Positions 1-11,766 are shown, numbered from the stretch's first letter. The stretch is 32,273 nucleotides of DNA from Octopus sinensis (GCF_006345805.1 NW_021832736.1:1-32273); one strand, 5' to 3'. Program-made: numbers and translations. The notes: generated by a model from the sequence alone, not told the origin.

Positions 1-13
1 CAATCAATCAATA

Positions 14-76
<63 letters not shown>

Positions 77-100
77 ATCTACCATCTATCTAATCTATCT

Positions 101-133
<33 letters not shown>

Positions 134-139
134 TCTATC

Positions 140-210
<71 letters not shown>

Positions 211-215
211 CCTAT
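1..215. repeat. (CTAT)n/(CAAT)n compound tetranucleotide microsatellite
   Basis: Direct tandem units seen in the sequence. Confidence 0.97.
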
Positions 216-222
216 ATAGTTT

Positions 223-398
223 ATCTTTTATTTGTTCCATTCACCGGACTGCAGCCATGCAGGCGGCACCATCTTGAAGGGTTTAGTCGAACAAAGCGAT
301 CCCAATATTTTTTTTTAAATCTGTAACTTATTCTCTCGGCCTCTTTTGCTGGGCCGCTAAATTACGCAGTCGTTAACAGACGAGAATCGGTTATCAAA
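223..398 (-). mobile_element. SINE family B, 3' half, degenerate
   Basis: Matches the 3' part of the fuller copy at 26406-26798 (GACTGCAGCCATG...CACCA...TTTAGTCGA...GATCCCA...CTTTTGCTG..CCGCTAA). Confidence 0.75.
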
Positions 399-399
399 T

Positions 400-760
400 G
401 AAACAAAAACTGCAAAAAACACCCAACAGAAGTTTTTGATGTAAGACGCTTGAGCAAAATCTTGAGAATGTCCTACTATGTTCATACGAAGAACGCATTT
501 ATAAAGAGAATCATCCTCAATTCCGAGAAACTGTGAATAAACGGAGAATGCGACACATTAGTCATTCCACCGCGGGGGTAAATAGTTAAAGTGCAAGGAC
601 AGCATTGAGAAGGATGCTAAGAGGTGGAAGGAAAAGACGGGGAAGACCAGAGGTCATATGATGTCGAACGAACTTGAAGGTTGCCAACTAAAACACGCAA
701 CCGATTTAGAACATTGTAAGACTACTCCCTGACACCAATACATTCTCGGTAATGGACTAG
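400..760 (+). mobile_element. RTE-clade non-LTR retrotransposon ORF C-terminal remnant (frameshifted, with stops)
   Basis: Translates as EVFDVRRLSKILRMSYYVHTKN / RETVNKRRMRHISH / ARTALRRMLRGGRKRRGRP, matching the RTE post-RT pattern F-x3-CLRxILxIxW...RRxRWxGH...GxRxRGRP. Confidence 0.72.
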
Positions 761-1146
761 CTATGCACTATGTGAGTCTGTGAATTTGTACGTGTATGTA
801 TATTGTATATGTATCTGTCTGCCTCTATGTGTGTTTGCATGTGTGTACGCGTCGGTGATGTCTGCACTTGACTGCGTGTGTAAGAACAAGAGAGCAGAAC
901 AGACAGGGGTTTTTTTTTTTTTTTTTTGTATCTGGCAAATTACTGTGAAATTTCCGGTGTCGGGCCGAGCTGGGACAATAGTTGACAAAGTGGAGTAGAG
1001 TGAGAGTTGGTGATTTGTAAGCATCAAAGCCATCAGAGGAAGGATGTCGTCCGTAATACTAAGCTACACTCAACCAGTTAAAGATACGCTGATTGCTGTG
1101 CTTGTCTCTAAAAAAGATCTCTTTGTTTGTCTGGCGTTGTCACTGC

Positions 1147-1483
1147 TTGTGTGTGCGTGCGTATGCTTGTACGTAAGAGTGTGTGTGTGCGTGTGTGTGT
1201 GTGTATGTGTGTGTGTGTGTGCTTGTCGAACAGAATCATTCTAGGTTATGTGTGACTGTGCGTGGTGAATGTATATGCGTGTGTACGTGTATGTGTATGT
1301 GCGTGTGGTGTGTGCAAGTGTGTGCCTGTGCCTGTATAATTCTCGATTATGTGTATGTGGTGTGTGTGTGTACATTACTGTATCTGTGTGTTGTTTTATG
1401 CTAGTTTATTTAGGTATCAATGCGAGCAAGCGTGTGTTAGCCATTGTTAACATGTACGAAGTTTTTTTTTGCTGTAGGTGCCA

Positions 1484-1525
<42 letters not shown>

Positions 1526-1790
1526 TGTGGTGTGTTAGTACATGCAAATGTCGGTTAGTATATGCTAGCGTGTGTTAATGCTTTAATGTGTGTTAGTATG
1601 TGTCATTCTGTGACCCAAATGAACGTAATGTGTGTGTGTGTGTGAGAGTCTTATGTCAGTGTGTGACGTCTGTCTGAGTTTCTTGTAACTTGTGAGTGTG
1701 AGTGGTCTGTTAGTCTCTGTGCGCATATGGATGTATGTGTATGTACATATGCATGTGTGTGTGAGAGAGAGAGATAGAGATAGAAAGCGA
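1147..1790. repeat. Degenerate (TG)n-rich microsatellite region
   Basis: Interrupted TG/TGTA/GA runs. Confidence 0.9.
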
Positions 1791-2039
1791 GAGAGCGATG
1801 GCTACTCTTATGCTTCACTGGTTGAGTATAAGCATGTCTGGGAACTAGCACTGAACCAATATTGTTACAGTAACTTTATTCTCAATTCCAACTTCCGGTT
1901 AACGTTATGAGGTCGTCGCTTCTTTTTCTGTCCTCTTTTTTTATCGTATTCTTTTTTGCTTTTATATTTTTGATGGTTATAGATATGTCTTGCTCTTTAC
2001 CTACAGATTACACCGTCTGTTCACACACCCATATACGCA

Positions 2040-2053
2040 CGTGTGCACGCGCA

Positions 2054-2085
<32 letters not shown>

Positions 2086-2110
2086 CACACACACACACAC
2101 ATATATATAT
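2040..2110. repeat. (CA)n microsatellite
   Basis: Direct observation. Confidence 0.95.
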
Positions 2111-2173
2111 GTTGTAAATTCTGTCAGCTCATCGTCTTCCGTTTCAAATTTGGCAAGAGACCAACAGTTCTAA

Positions 2174-2340
2174 GGGAGGAGCCTGTCAATTACATTGACC
2201 CCAGGGCTTGACTGGTGATTTTATTTTATTGATTCCTGAAGGGTGAAAGGCAAAGTCGACATTAGCGGAATTTGAACTCTGAATGTAAAGAGTTGCAGCA
2301 AAGTATTTTCTTTCACACTAACGATTCTCTCAGCTCACTG
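2174..2340 (-). mobile_element. SINE family A, degenerate
   Basis: Contains GAAAGGCAAAGTCGAC..AGCGGAATTTGAACTC, the reverse complement of the family A B-box and central domain. Confidence 0.8.
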
Positions 2341-2399
2341 TCCCTGGGGAGGGAAGAATGCAAAATTTTGAGAAAAGAGTTAGTCAAACCAGTTCTTGA

Positions 2400-3140
2400 T
2401 TGGTCAAGAAAAGTTCAAACTATCATTTGATATTTATCCATCTCAGGGGAGGGAAAACTAAAGGCACGCATATGGGTTTGCTAAGGGCAATGCCCCTACC
2501 TAGTAAAAAAAAAAAACAAAGTTACAGAAGCAACGATGATAATTCGAAAGGAAAACTAGGAGAGAAAGACCTTTCCTTGGGGAAACATGACACGATGCAG
2601 CAAAATCCGAAAGGAAACCAACGTTCTGCATTATACGTCAGGCTCTGACCTGGAACCTACGGCATTCTTTCGATATAACTCGACAAAATCAAAACACTTC
2701 ACTTCGGGTATTTCCATAGAAGCAAATGACAGTTCTATTCTGTTTTCTGCTGGGAAATTTGCGGATTTTACATACACACATGAAACAGGTAAAAAAAATA
2801 TGCAAGGTTATTTTTCTTCATGTTTAAAATGAGACATTGCTGGCATAATTTCGTTATATCTATATTCCACAAAACACGGAAATACCCGAAATGAAAGTCT
2901 CGACCTTGTCGAGCTATATCGAAGGAATGCCGAACCTACAAAGGAGGCGGATGAGAGGACGCCCATAGCGGCGGACGAGGGGACGTCCTTAAAATAGCTG
3001 GAAGTGTAGCATTGAGGAAGAGCTGAAGAAGTAGTGATCGAACTGGAAAGAAACAGAAAATACAGACAAAATTCAAAAACTGAAGAAAAGTCGACGATGG
3101 CCAATGCTCCATACGGAGGGAAGAAGTTGAGTAAAGCAAA
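2400..3140 (+). mobile_element. RTE-clade LINE 3' remnant, heavily degenerate
   Basis: Fragments KARI, NLQ-RRMRGRP, RTRGRP-NSWKCSIEEELKK and VDDGQCSIRREEVE* match the RTE C-terminus (RGRPKxTWRRxxEEEL...LVDxLCS). The RGRP-coding segment is locally duplicated near 2946-2990. Confidence 0.62.
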
Positions 3141-3324
3141 TAACATGGATAATGACGGAGAGTAGATTAAGCCCTACCTCGGGGGACCACCTCTGCTCAT
3201 ATACATCTTATATGCCGAGATATATAATATATCGATTCCTTTCTTTGCCAGAAAGGTCATATAATAATGATAGGGATAATAACATGATGATTTATAACAT
3301 TGGCATTAGGCCACATACTTCGTG

Positions 3325-3470
3325 GAGATGTAGGTAGTTGATTAAATTAGCTGCAATGCTTGACTAATGGTTAGGTTATCGACTTCCATCGGGATAAGAA
3401 AAGCATAGTGAACTTCATCGAGATTCGAACTCCGTAGAAAAAGAAAGATATCAAAATTACTGCACAATGT
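3325..3470 (-). mobile_element. SINE family A, very degenerate
   Basis: Residual TTATCGAC...GATAAGAAAAGCATAGTGAAC...GAGATTCGAACTC pattern, collinear with family A. Confidence 0.45.
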
Positions 3471-3639
3471 CTTTGTTTCTTTTGTTTTGTTTTTGTTTGT
3501 TTGTTTTTAACTCTGTCGGTCAAAGAAGAAAAGACTCAAGAACAGCTTAAACGAATAAGATCTGCCAAAGGTGTTTGGGAGGATGACTAAGCGGAGTGCA
3601 GAGGCTTAATGAATGAGCTAAGTGAGAGAGAAAAAGAGA

Positions 3640-3788
3640 GAGAGAGGGTGGGAGGGAGGGAGGAGAGAGATGCAGATAGATACGTAGATAGACAAGTAGA
3701 CAGCCAGACAGCCAGTCACACAGCCAGTCAGACAGGGAAAGACTAAAAGACAGACAGACAATAGATAGATAGACAGACAGACAGACAA

Positions 3789-3861
<73 letters not shown>

Positions 3862-3999
3862 CAGACTGATAGACAGACAGACAGACAGACAAACAGACTG
3901 ATAGATAGATAGATTGATGGATAGATAGACAGAGACAGATAGATAGACAGACAGACAGACGGATAGATAGATAGATAGATAGATAGTTAGATAGATAGT

Positions 4000-4058
<59 letters not shown>

Positions 4059-4161
4059 GCAGACAAACAGGCAGATATATATACAAAAGGTAAACTAGCT
4101 GACAGATAGACAGATAGGTAGGCAGGCAGGCAGACAGAAAGTTAGACAGACATGAATTGGC

Positions 4162-4185
<24 letters not shown>
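3640..4185. repeat. (GATA)n/(GACA)n/(GAAA)n compound microsatellite
   Basis: Direct observation. It explains the IYLS-repeat ORFs. Confidence 0.97.
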
Positions 4186-4192
<7 letters not shown>

Positions 4193-4549
4193 GTAGAGAG
4201 GACAACGAACAGAAAAGAAATTGGCGAAGGTGGTGATAGGAGGAGGGGTTAAATATTAGAGAGTGATACTGGAAGAGCAAACGGAGGAAAGAGAGAAGAG
4301 GACGGGTGGAGGGAGAAGATGATGAAATGAGATGAGAGTGTGAACAGTTGTCTTAAAAGGAAATAACATTTTAATTAAACGGAAATGGATTCTATGTCTT
4401 TTTAAACCTCTCTAACAAAAGAGGCAGCCACAAGCTTTTCTTTTTTTTTTTGGTTTTTCTTTTTTACTTTTTTACATGTCGTTTCCTAATGTGATGAGAA
4501 AGATTTAATACGTTAAGTGGATAGAGCTATTTATTTTTGTGTTTGTGTG

Positions 4550-4975
4550 AATATGTGTGTGTGTGTGTTGTGTGTGTGTTATTTGTCTGCGCGTGTGTGT
4601 GTGTATGTGTGTGTATGTATCCGTGTATTATTTGTGTGTGCGTGCGTATGTGTATTATGTGTGTATTTGTGTATAATAGATAAAGGGTGCGTGCGTGTGC
4701 GTTCAGAGACAGAAAGAGCGTATGTGTGTATGTGTGTGTGTGTGTATGTGTGTGAGCGTGTGTGTGTATTTGTATTTAAGGGAGAGATTAAGTGTATGTA
4801 GTGTAAGAGTGTATGCACGTCTGGTGTGTGTGTATGTCAGCATATATGTGATAGATGGTGTGGTTGAATGAAGCATAAGTGAAAGCACGTACTTGTACGT
4901 ATGTGCGCACTGCATGTGTGTGTGTGTGGTGTGTGTGTGTGTGTGTGTGTGTGTGCGCACTGCATGTGTGCGTAC
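4550..4975. repeat. Degenerate (TG)n microsatellite region
   Basis: Direct observation. Confidence 0.9.
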
Positions 4976-5325
4976 GTGTCTTAATGTGTACTAATGCTGG
5001 ATTATTTTAGTGTGTGTGAGTGTATGAACGTAGAAATGTGAGTATGCCGTCCCTGAATGCGTGATTTGTGTGTATAAACGTATGCGTATAACCGTATCAA
5101 CGCATGTATATGAACGTGCGGTATATTAATTAATTAATTAATTAAAATTTTATGTTTCCATAATAACAAAAGAATGTAATTTATTTTAATCATAGATTTT
5201 CGATTACCTTCGAGAATTATTTCGTGTTTGTTACCCAGTCTGAGAAAAATAGGGTCAACGCCCAGAGCTCTTGCAGATCTTCCAAAATTACTTCGGTCGA
5301 TGCAGTTTTTGTTACTGCTTAACCT

Positions 5326-5377
5326 GATCCAGTCTCGATCCAGTTCTGATCCAGTTCTGATCCAGTTCTGATCTAGT
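5326..5377. repeat. 11-bp minisatellite (GATCCAGTTCT), about 4.7 copies
   Basis: GATCCAGTCTC, GATCCAGTTCT x3, GATCTAGT. Confidence 0.95.
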
Positions 5378-5516
5378 AAATATATAGTCAAAGATCTTCC
5401 AGCCTTGAGCTTCTTGTCCATTATAGAAAGACGGACTTCAAATTATTCTGTATGTGTCCATCTTTAGTTTCATGTCTTTCGCGTTGATAAATAAAGTATT
5501 CTTTTGTATAGGATAT

Positions 5517-5680
5517 GATGGCGAACTGGCAAAATCGCTGGTACACCAGACAAAATGCTTACCGGTATTTCTTCCGGACTTACGTTCTGAGTTCAAATTC
5601 AGCCGAGGTCGACTTTGCCTTTCATCCTTTCGCGGTCGATAAAATAAATACCAGTTGAGTTCACATAGGGTTAATGGAAG
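5517..5680 (+). mobile_element. SINE family A
   Basis: GGCGAACTGGCAAAATCG head, GAGTTCAAATTC B-box, GTCGACTTTGCCTTTCATCCTTTCG central domain. Confidence 0.88.
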
Positions 5681-5702
5681 GCAAAATAACACGTTCGCAA
5701 CC

Positions 5703-6060
5703 AAATTAAAGGATCCCGAAAAAGGGGTATTCGTATAGGATTAAAGGGGCCAGAAAAGAGCGTTCATATGACATTAGAGGAGTCAGAATAGGGTTTTTTA
5801 TATCATGTTAAAGAAGTAAAAGCATCGTAGTGTTCGCATCTCTTTAAAGGTTCCAAAAGAAGGGACCAGAAATTAGCATTAAAGGAGAAAAAAAAGAGCT
5901 TTTACATTTCATTAACATTTCATTAAAGGGACAAAAAGAAGCACTCTCACGAATTTAAAAGAGCAAAGTAAGGAGCGTCCATATAGTGTTAAAAAGGGGG
6001 CAAAAACAAAAACACATTCAACTTCCGTTGAAAGGACAAAATTGGAGAATTCGCAGGAAA
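5703..6060. repeat. Degenerate ~35-bp minisatellite, about 10 units anchored by TTAAAGG
   Basis: TTAAAGG-like anchors followed by CAAAA/GAGC motifs recur at about 5705, 5741, 5774, 5808, 5844, 5879, 5923, 5955, 5989 and 6028. Confidence 0.6.
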
Positions 6061-6286
6061 AGAAACAGTTACATGGTATTCAAGAGGTAAATTCTTAAAA
6101 CAATGGAAATTTCGCAACACGAGTCTACCAATCATTTCATGATAAATCTGTGAACTCGGTAAATATCAAAGATAATTAAAGAGAGTAAGATGCGATTTCA
6201 GAAGTGACTGCTTAGAGTATAGTGTGTTTCGAACTGATTGAATCAACATAGCCGATATTTAGATTTAACATATGCATTTGTTAGGT

Positions 6287-6522
6287 TATAAAGGCGGCGA
6301 GCTGGCAGAGACGTTAGCACGCCGGGCGAAGTGCTTCGCGGTATTTCGCCCGTCGCTACGTTCTGAGTTCAAATTCCGCCGAGGTCGACTTTGCCTTTCA
6401 TCCTTTCGGGGTCGATAAATTAAGCACCAGTTAATCACTGGGATTAATGTAATCGACTTAATCCGTTTGTCTGTCCTTGTTTGTCCACTCTATATTTAGC
6501 CCCTTGTGGGTAATAAAGAAAC
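6287..6522 (+). mobile_element. SINE family A, full-length monomer with TSD
   Basis: tRNA-like head with B-box, central domain and tail ending AATAAAGAAAC. Flanked by a 19-bp direct repeat ACATATGCATT(T/A)GTTAGGT at 6268-6286 and 6523-6541. Confidence 0.95.
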
Positions 6523-7399
6523 ACATATGCATTAGTTAGGTCGATGATGATATTTCTGAAGCCTAACAGACCCTTCCAGACAAGGGACGGCAGGAATAGG
6601 TACGAAAACATAAGCAAGGAATTGGTTCTTTTTTTGCTGTTGTTATCTTTAATCCCACTGAATCTTGATGAAGCTGATAAATAATCTAAAATTATTCCAA
6701 CCATAACCTTCCGACATATTTGTTTATGCATCATTGCATTATCCAATGTGTTTAGCCTCTGTTGTGAGACAATGAAGAGTTAATATGAGGAACATTTGAC
6801 TGCTATTTATGGGGTTTTTTTAATTGCTGTGCTTGTACAGACTCTTTCGTTGGCCGGAAGGAAAGAGTTTGATAACGCAGAAATGCAATGAAAGGGAAAG
6901 AGGGGATGTATTCAGCAAATTGTTTAGATGTAACGTCTGGGGTTGTTTGTTTTAGGGATGAGTATGAAGACATAAAAGGGATGACAAAAGGAAAAAGGGG
7001 AGGAGAAGGGGATAGGAGCTTGTAATGGGTTCAAAAGGTGGTTTCTGTCGTCGCTATTGAAGGGGCCAGAAGGAGGGGACAACGCGTCGACGGTTGAAAA
7101 AACGTGCGTGTCGACAGTTGGTTGGGTTTTTTTTAAAGACCCACCCTAGCCACCCCTATCACTACAGAATAAATCTACACAATTAGGGGGAAGTACTTAA
7201 CCCATGTATCTTAGTGATTAAATTGTCAGCTTCTCATTTAGACATGAACAACGTTAAACGCAAGGGAAAAAGAAAATTACTAAATAAAAATAAAAGCACA
7301 ACAATAACAATATTAAAAAATATATAATTTACATTGACAAAGAGTAATTATTAATCTAATTAGAAATGTGTTTAATTGTATGAGTGAGTATAATTTTCT

Positions 7400-7590
7400 A
7401 TGTGTATCTGTGCGCGTGCGTATCTATCTGTATATGCGTGTGTACGTGCATGTATATGTGTGTATATGCATGTTTGCCTGTGTGTTTGCGCGAATTTGTA
7501 CGCCTATGTGCGCGCGCATGTATGTTGACGTATGCGTTTGCATATATGCGCGTCTGCGTGTGCCTGTGTGTGTGTGTGTGTGTGTGTGTT
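7400..7590. repeat. Degenerate (TG)/(CG)/(TA) alternating purine-pyrimidine tract
   Basis: Direct observation. Confidence 0.85.
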
Positions 7591-7934
7591 GAATGCTTAA
7601 GTGTATACGTGATGCGTAGATGTACGAGTATGGCTGATGCCGACACTAATAAATTGCATTTTTCTTTTTTTAATTAGAAAAATATTTTTTAATCATTCAA
7701 ATATCGGGTTGAAATAGGGAGGAGATTGGGGTCAGGGCCAGCTGATGCTCCAAGCACAACCCCCTAAAATTGGTTTCGCCATTTTAACACTTCCATTGTC
7801 TAACTTAACTATTTCGTTGTCATTAAGTCAATAAAACTGGCGAATGCGAAATATTAGATTAAAATTTCATTGTTTTTTTTTTCGATTTGTCTTTAAGGAA
7901 ATAAAATACATTGTCTTAAATTATATTATCTTTT

Positions 7935-8118
7935 ACTTATTTCAATCATTGGTCATGCTGAGGCAATGCTTTGAAGGGATTTTGTCGCATGAACCGACCC
8001 TAGGGCTTATTTTTAATTTAAAAACCTGGTACTTATTTTATCTGTCTCTTTAGGCGAATCATTATTAAGGGGACGTAAACAAACCAAGACCGATTGTGAA
8101 ACGGTGGTGGGGACAAAC

Positions 8119-8160
<42 letters not shown>

Positions 8161-8285
8161 CGTGCTTCTTTCAGTTTCCGTCGACCAAATCCACTCGAGA
8201 TTATAGCAGAGTGCCATGCAGTGAGACTGAACTCGGTATCACAGAATTGATAAGCAAATTTTTTACCACCAAACAGCCATGCCTT
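7935..8285 (-). mobile_element. SINE family B with internal (TA)n, degenerate
   Basis: Collinear with 26406-26798 (CTTCTTTCAGTTTCCGTC..CCAAATCCACTC, GACTGAAC, ACAGCCATGCC). Confidence 0.82.
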
Positions 8286-8893
8286 ACTAAATAGCATTAA
8301 GCTATTAAACAAATTATTTCACTGATTACTAGAGCAACCGAAAAAAAAAGTGCAAATTTTTAAGACTCTTCTTTTCATTAAAAAAATAACGGTTTAAGTT
8401 TGCCATTTTCATTAAGGTAAATCCGGCTCAAGACAAAAAGATCCTCAGACATCACCTTTCCTTTTGTGCTGAAGGCACGTGTATATTTTGTGTAATGATT
8501 AATCCGACTCGTTCTTGTGCGGATTAACTTCTTAGATTTCATTAAGGTCAGAGGTGAGAAGATTTAGTAAAAATGATAACTGTATTCTATTTTCTTATTT
8601 CTGTCATGTTTTAGGAGTCATTTTCTTCGTATTTTCTTTCCATCAATACTGGAAGATATTCAATGAAGTTGTTGTTACTGTTTTTCGTGATGGTTTTGTT
8701 GTTGTTGTTGGTAGTGCTGGTGGAGTTATCGCTGTTGTTTGTTTTCAGGTGATCAGACAGACCTATGACTAAAATCACTCCAGTCAGATTAGTTTTTCTC
8801 TCATCCCAGGTATTATATTATCCACTGTATTATATTAAACCCTGTTTTAAGAATTTAGGATATAATTTGAAATGTAACTTAAAGGTAGAATTT

Positions 8894-9085
8894 AAAGATG
8901 GCGAGCTGGCAGAATCGTTCGCATGTAGGACAAAATGCTTAGCGCCATTTCTTTCGACTTTACGTTCTGAGTTCAGATTCCACCGAAGTCGAATCCATCG
9001 TTTCGGGGTCGATAAAATAACTGGTGAGTATTGAGGTTGGTGTAAAAGACTTTCCCGTAACTGCAAAACTGCTGGCCTTGTGCCA
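8894..9085 (+). mobile_element. SINE family A (alternative tail ...GCTGGCCTTGTGCCA)
   Basis: GGCGAGCTGGCAGAATCG head, B-box and central domain. Confidence 0.85.
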
Positions 9086-9265
9086 GAGCTGGCAGAATCG
9101 TTAGAACGCCGGACAAAATGTTAAGCGGCATTTCGTTCGTCTTTACGTTCTGATTTCAAATTTCGCAGGAGTCGATAAAATAAGTACCAGCTGAACACTG
9201 AGGTCGATGAAATCGACTATTCCCCTCCCCGCAAATTTCAGGTCTTCTGCCAAGAGCAGAAAATA
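9086..9265 (+). mobile_element. SINE family A (alternative tail), abutting the previous copy
   Basis: GAGCTGGCAGAATCGTTAG...GTCGATAAAATAAGTACCAG...CCCCTCCCC. Confidence 0.85.
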
Positions 9266-9304
9266 TTGTTATCATTATTGTTGTTGTTGTTGTTGTTGTG
9301 GTTG

Positions 9305-9698
9305 AGGCGGCAGAAACGTTAGCACACCGGGTGAAATGCTTAGCGGTATTCGTCTGCCGCTACATTCTGAGTTCAAATTCCGCCGAGGTCGATTTTGCCT
9401 TTCATCCTTTCGGGGTCGATTAAATAAGTACCAGTTACGCACTGGGGTCGATATAATCGACTTAATCCGTTTGTCTGTCCTTGTTTGTCCTCTCTGTGTT
9501 TAGCCCCTTGTGGGTAGTAAAGAAATAGATATTTCCTCTATCGCTACGTTCTGAGTTCAAATTCAGCCGAGGCTGACTTTGCCTTTCAGCCTTTCGGGAT
9601 CGATTAAATAAGTACCAGTTACACACTGGGGTCGATGTAATCGACTTAATCCCTTCCTCCAAACTTGAGGCCTTGTGCTTCCAATAGAAAGAACTATT
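9305..9698 (+). mobile_element. SINE family A dimer (full unit 9305-9527 plus 5'-truncated unit 9528-9698)
   Basis: The full unit ends GGGTAGTAAAGAAATA and runs directly into G(A/G)TATTTC...CTACGTTCTGAGTTCAAATTC. Confidence 0.9.
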
Positions 9699-9974
9699 GT
9701 TATTGTTTGTGTAATTATTATCATCATCATCATCATCATTCTTATTCTTCTTCTTCTTATTGTTGTTGTTGTTTTAATTACATCTTTATATTTCTTTTTC
9801 TCTTCTAAGTTTTATTCATTTAATTCATTTTGCTTTCCGTGGGTTTTTTTTTTCTTCAGAAAAGCTGGAATGAGACTAATTTGCCTTTGTCGAAATCTCC
9901 GGCAAATATTAAACCAGATAGAAATCTGTAAGTGATTAACAACATAATCTACTTAGTTCAACATGAATGGAAGT

Positions 9975-10009
9975 TTGTGTGTGTAAGGAAGAGAGAGAGA
10001 GTGAGTGTG

Positions 10010-10066
<57 letters not shown>

Positions 10067-10470
10067 AGAGAGGGAGAGGGAGATTGTGGGTATACATATT
10101 TACGTGTGCGTGAATGTGTCTCTATGTGCATGTGTACACACACACATGAATATACATATAAATACATATATATATATATACATACATGCATCACTTAAAA
10201 AAAAACCTACATGCACACACACACACACACACACACAACATATATATATATACGTACGTTTGTATATATGTTATATGCATATACGTACATTATATATATA
10301 TATATGCATAGATATATATATTTATATGTATATATACTACATATGCATATATATATGTGTGTGTGGTGTGTGTGTGTGAGTGTTTGAGTGTGTGTCTATA
10401 TATGTGTGTGTGTGTGTATTCGTGTTTATATATTTTTGTGTGTGCGTACATGTGTGTGTGTGCACGCATG
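9975..10470. repeat. (TG)/(CA)/(TA) compound microsatellite region
   Basis: Direct observation. Confidence 0.9.
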
Positions 10471-11085
10471 TGTATGTACATATTTTTTCTTAATTTTGTC
10501 ATGTTTTGTTTTGTTGTGGTCTTTTCAATTCTTTTATTTATTTATTTTTGTATTCATTTATTCATTGCTCCGAATACTAATATCACATTCGTCAAAAGTA
10601 TCGATTCTTATTTTTCTCAGGCTTTGCTTATAAAATATGATGGCACAGATCCAAAACACTTTTCACTTCTGCTGTTTTCCCTACATCGACCTCATTTCTA
10701 ACGTTGTTCTTATATCTTAAAAAACTGTGTCAAACCTTTGTATATTCTCCCCACATTATAGTATTTCCGCCATAACATCAAACGATGTGCAGGTCGTCGT
10801 GCGTTGAAGTACGCATGCGCTGTCGACTGACTGATGAATAAGTTAGAACACCTTGATTTTTATTCTTTCTCTCCCTACTACTTCCTTGGTTTGATTAAAT
10901 CTATGACACGGGTTCAATCCAAAGTTGAGCCGTGTCAATATGCTTTATGGAAGCATGCCAGTGAGGGAGTTACTAAATGATAACTCGATATGCTACAAAT
11001 GGCAATAAATCTTCCTCAACGAACAGCAGCATCTACTGATCAAAAGCGGAGATAAACGAAGGCACAATTAGTTTATTTGTCTACA

Positions 11086-11430
11086 AAGGTGCAGTTATGG
11101 CTGGGAGGTACGAAATTTGCTTACTTACGACACAGTTCCTGGTTCAATCCCTCTGAACTAATCATATTTTTTAGCCCCGTGCAGACCAAAACTGCTCACA
11201 TGGCTTTGTGCGGTCCATGCTATAGTAGAAGACACTTGTCCAAAGTGCCAAACACTGGGACTGAACCCGGAACCATGTGGTTGGGAAGCAAGCTTCTTAC
11301 CACACAACCACTCCTGCGTCTGCGCGTGAGCTGGTGTTTATGTATGTGTGTCTTTGGGTTTCTACCATACCGCTGAACGACCGGTGTTGGTTTGGCAAAA
11401 GAGAAAGGAGAATACCTGCCTGGAAGTTAA
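11086..11430. mobile_element. Composite SINE family B: + head (11086-11155), - head and CORE-like part (11185-11320), + middle segment (11330-11430)
   Basis: GGTTCAATCCC B-box on +. GTAGAAGACACTTGTCCAAAGTGCC...GGGACTGAACCCGGAACCATGTGG on -. GACCGGTGTTGGTTTGGCAAAAGAG on +. Confidence 0.7.
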
Positions 11431-11704
11431 GAAGATAACCCCCACCACCGCCACACACGCGCGCGTGCACACACAAACCTGTGCCTGCTATGTGTAAGTA
11501 TACGTGCATTTATGTATGCAATTTTTGTGGGGAACGGTGGCTCTCGAAGCAAATAAACTATAAATGATAGCGTGTAAATTTTGGTTTTAGTCGAAGGCCG
11601 CCCTAAGAACTCGAACCCGCTTCTCCAGTAGAAAATACAGGCGTTTATAAATTCTTATGGAGTCAACAATATGCAGATATACATACATGGAAGCACACAT
11701 GCAT

Positions 11705-11735
11705 GCTCACACACACACACACACACACACACACA

Positions 11736-11766
<31 letters not shown>

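Noticed and set aside
1063-1833. Inverted repeat ACTCAACCAGT at about 1068 and 1817
   Set aside because: An 11-bp perfect core at this distance is expected by chance in a 32-kb window, and no TSD or element body was found.
5196-5330. LRR-like (LADLPKLLRSMQFLLLLNL) and C-type-lectin-like peptide patterns after a possible acceptor
   Set aside because: Each is a single short motif in a different frame, and there is no convincing in-frame donor before the stops. Likely chance.
5703-6060. CRISPR-like repeat/spacer appearance
   Set aside because: The anchors are only about 7 bp and degenerate, there are no conserved 25-45 bp repeats or cas genes, and the context is eukaryotic.
7040-7165. GC-rich patch with two GTCGAC sites and a CCCACCCTAGCCACCCCT end
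   Set aside because: It could be the end of a MITE, but I found no matching opposite terminus or second copy in the window.
11585-11660. tRNA-like B-box (GGGTTCGAGTTC) on the minus strand
   Set aside because: There is no cloverleaf, A-box or acceptor stem. At best it is a decayed tRNA-derived fragment.
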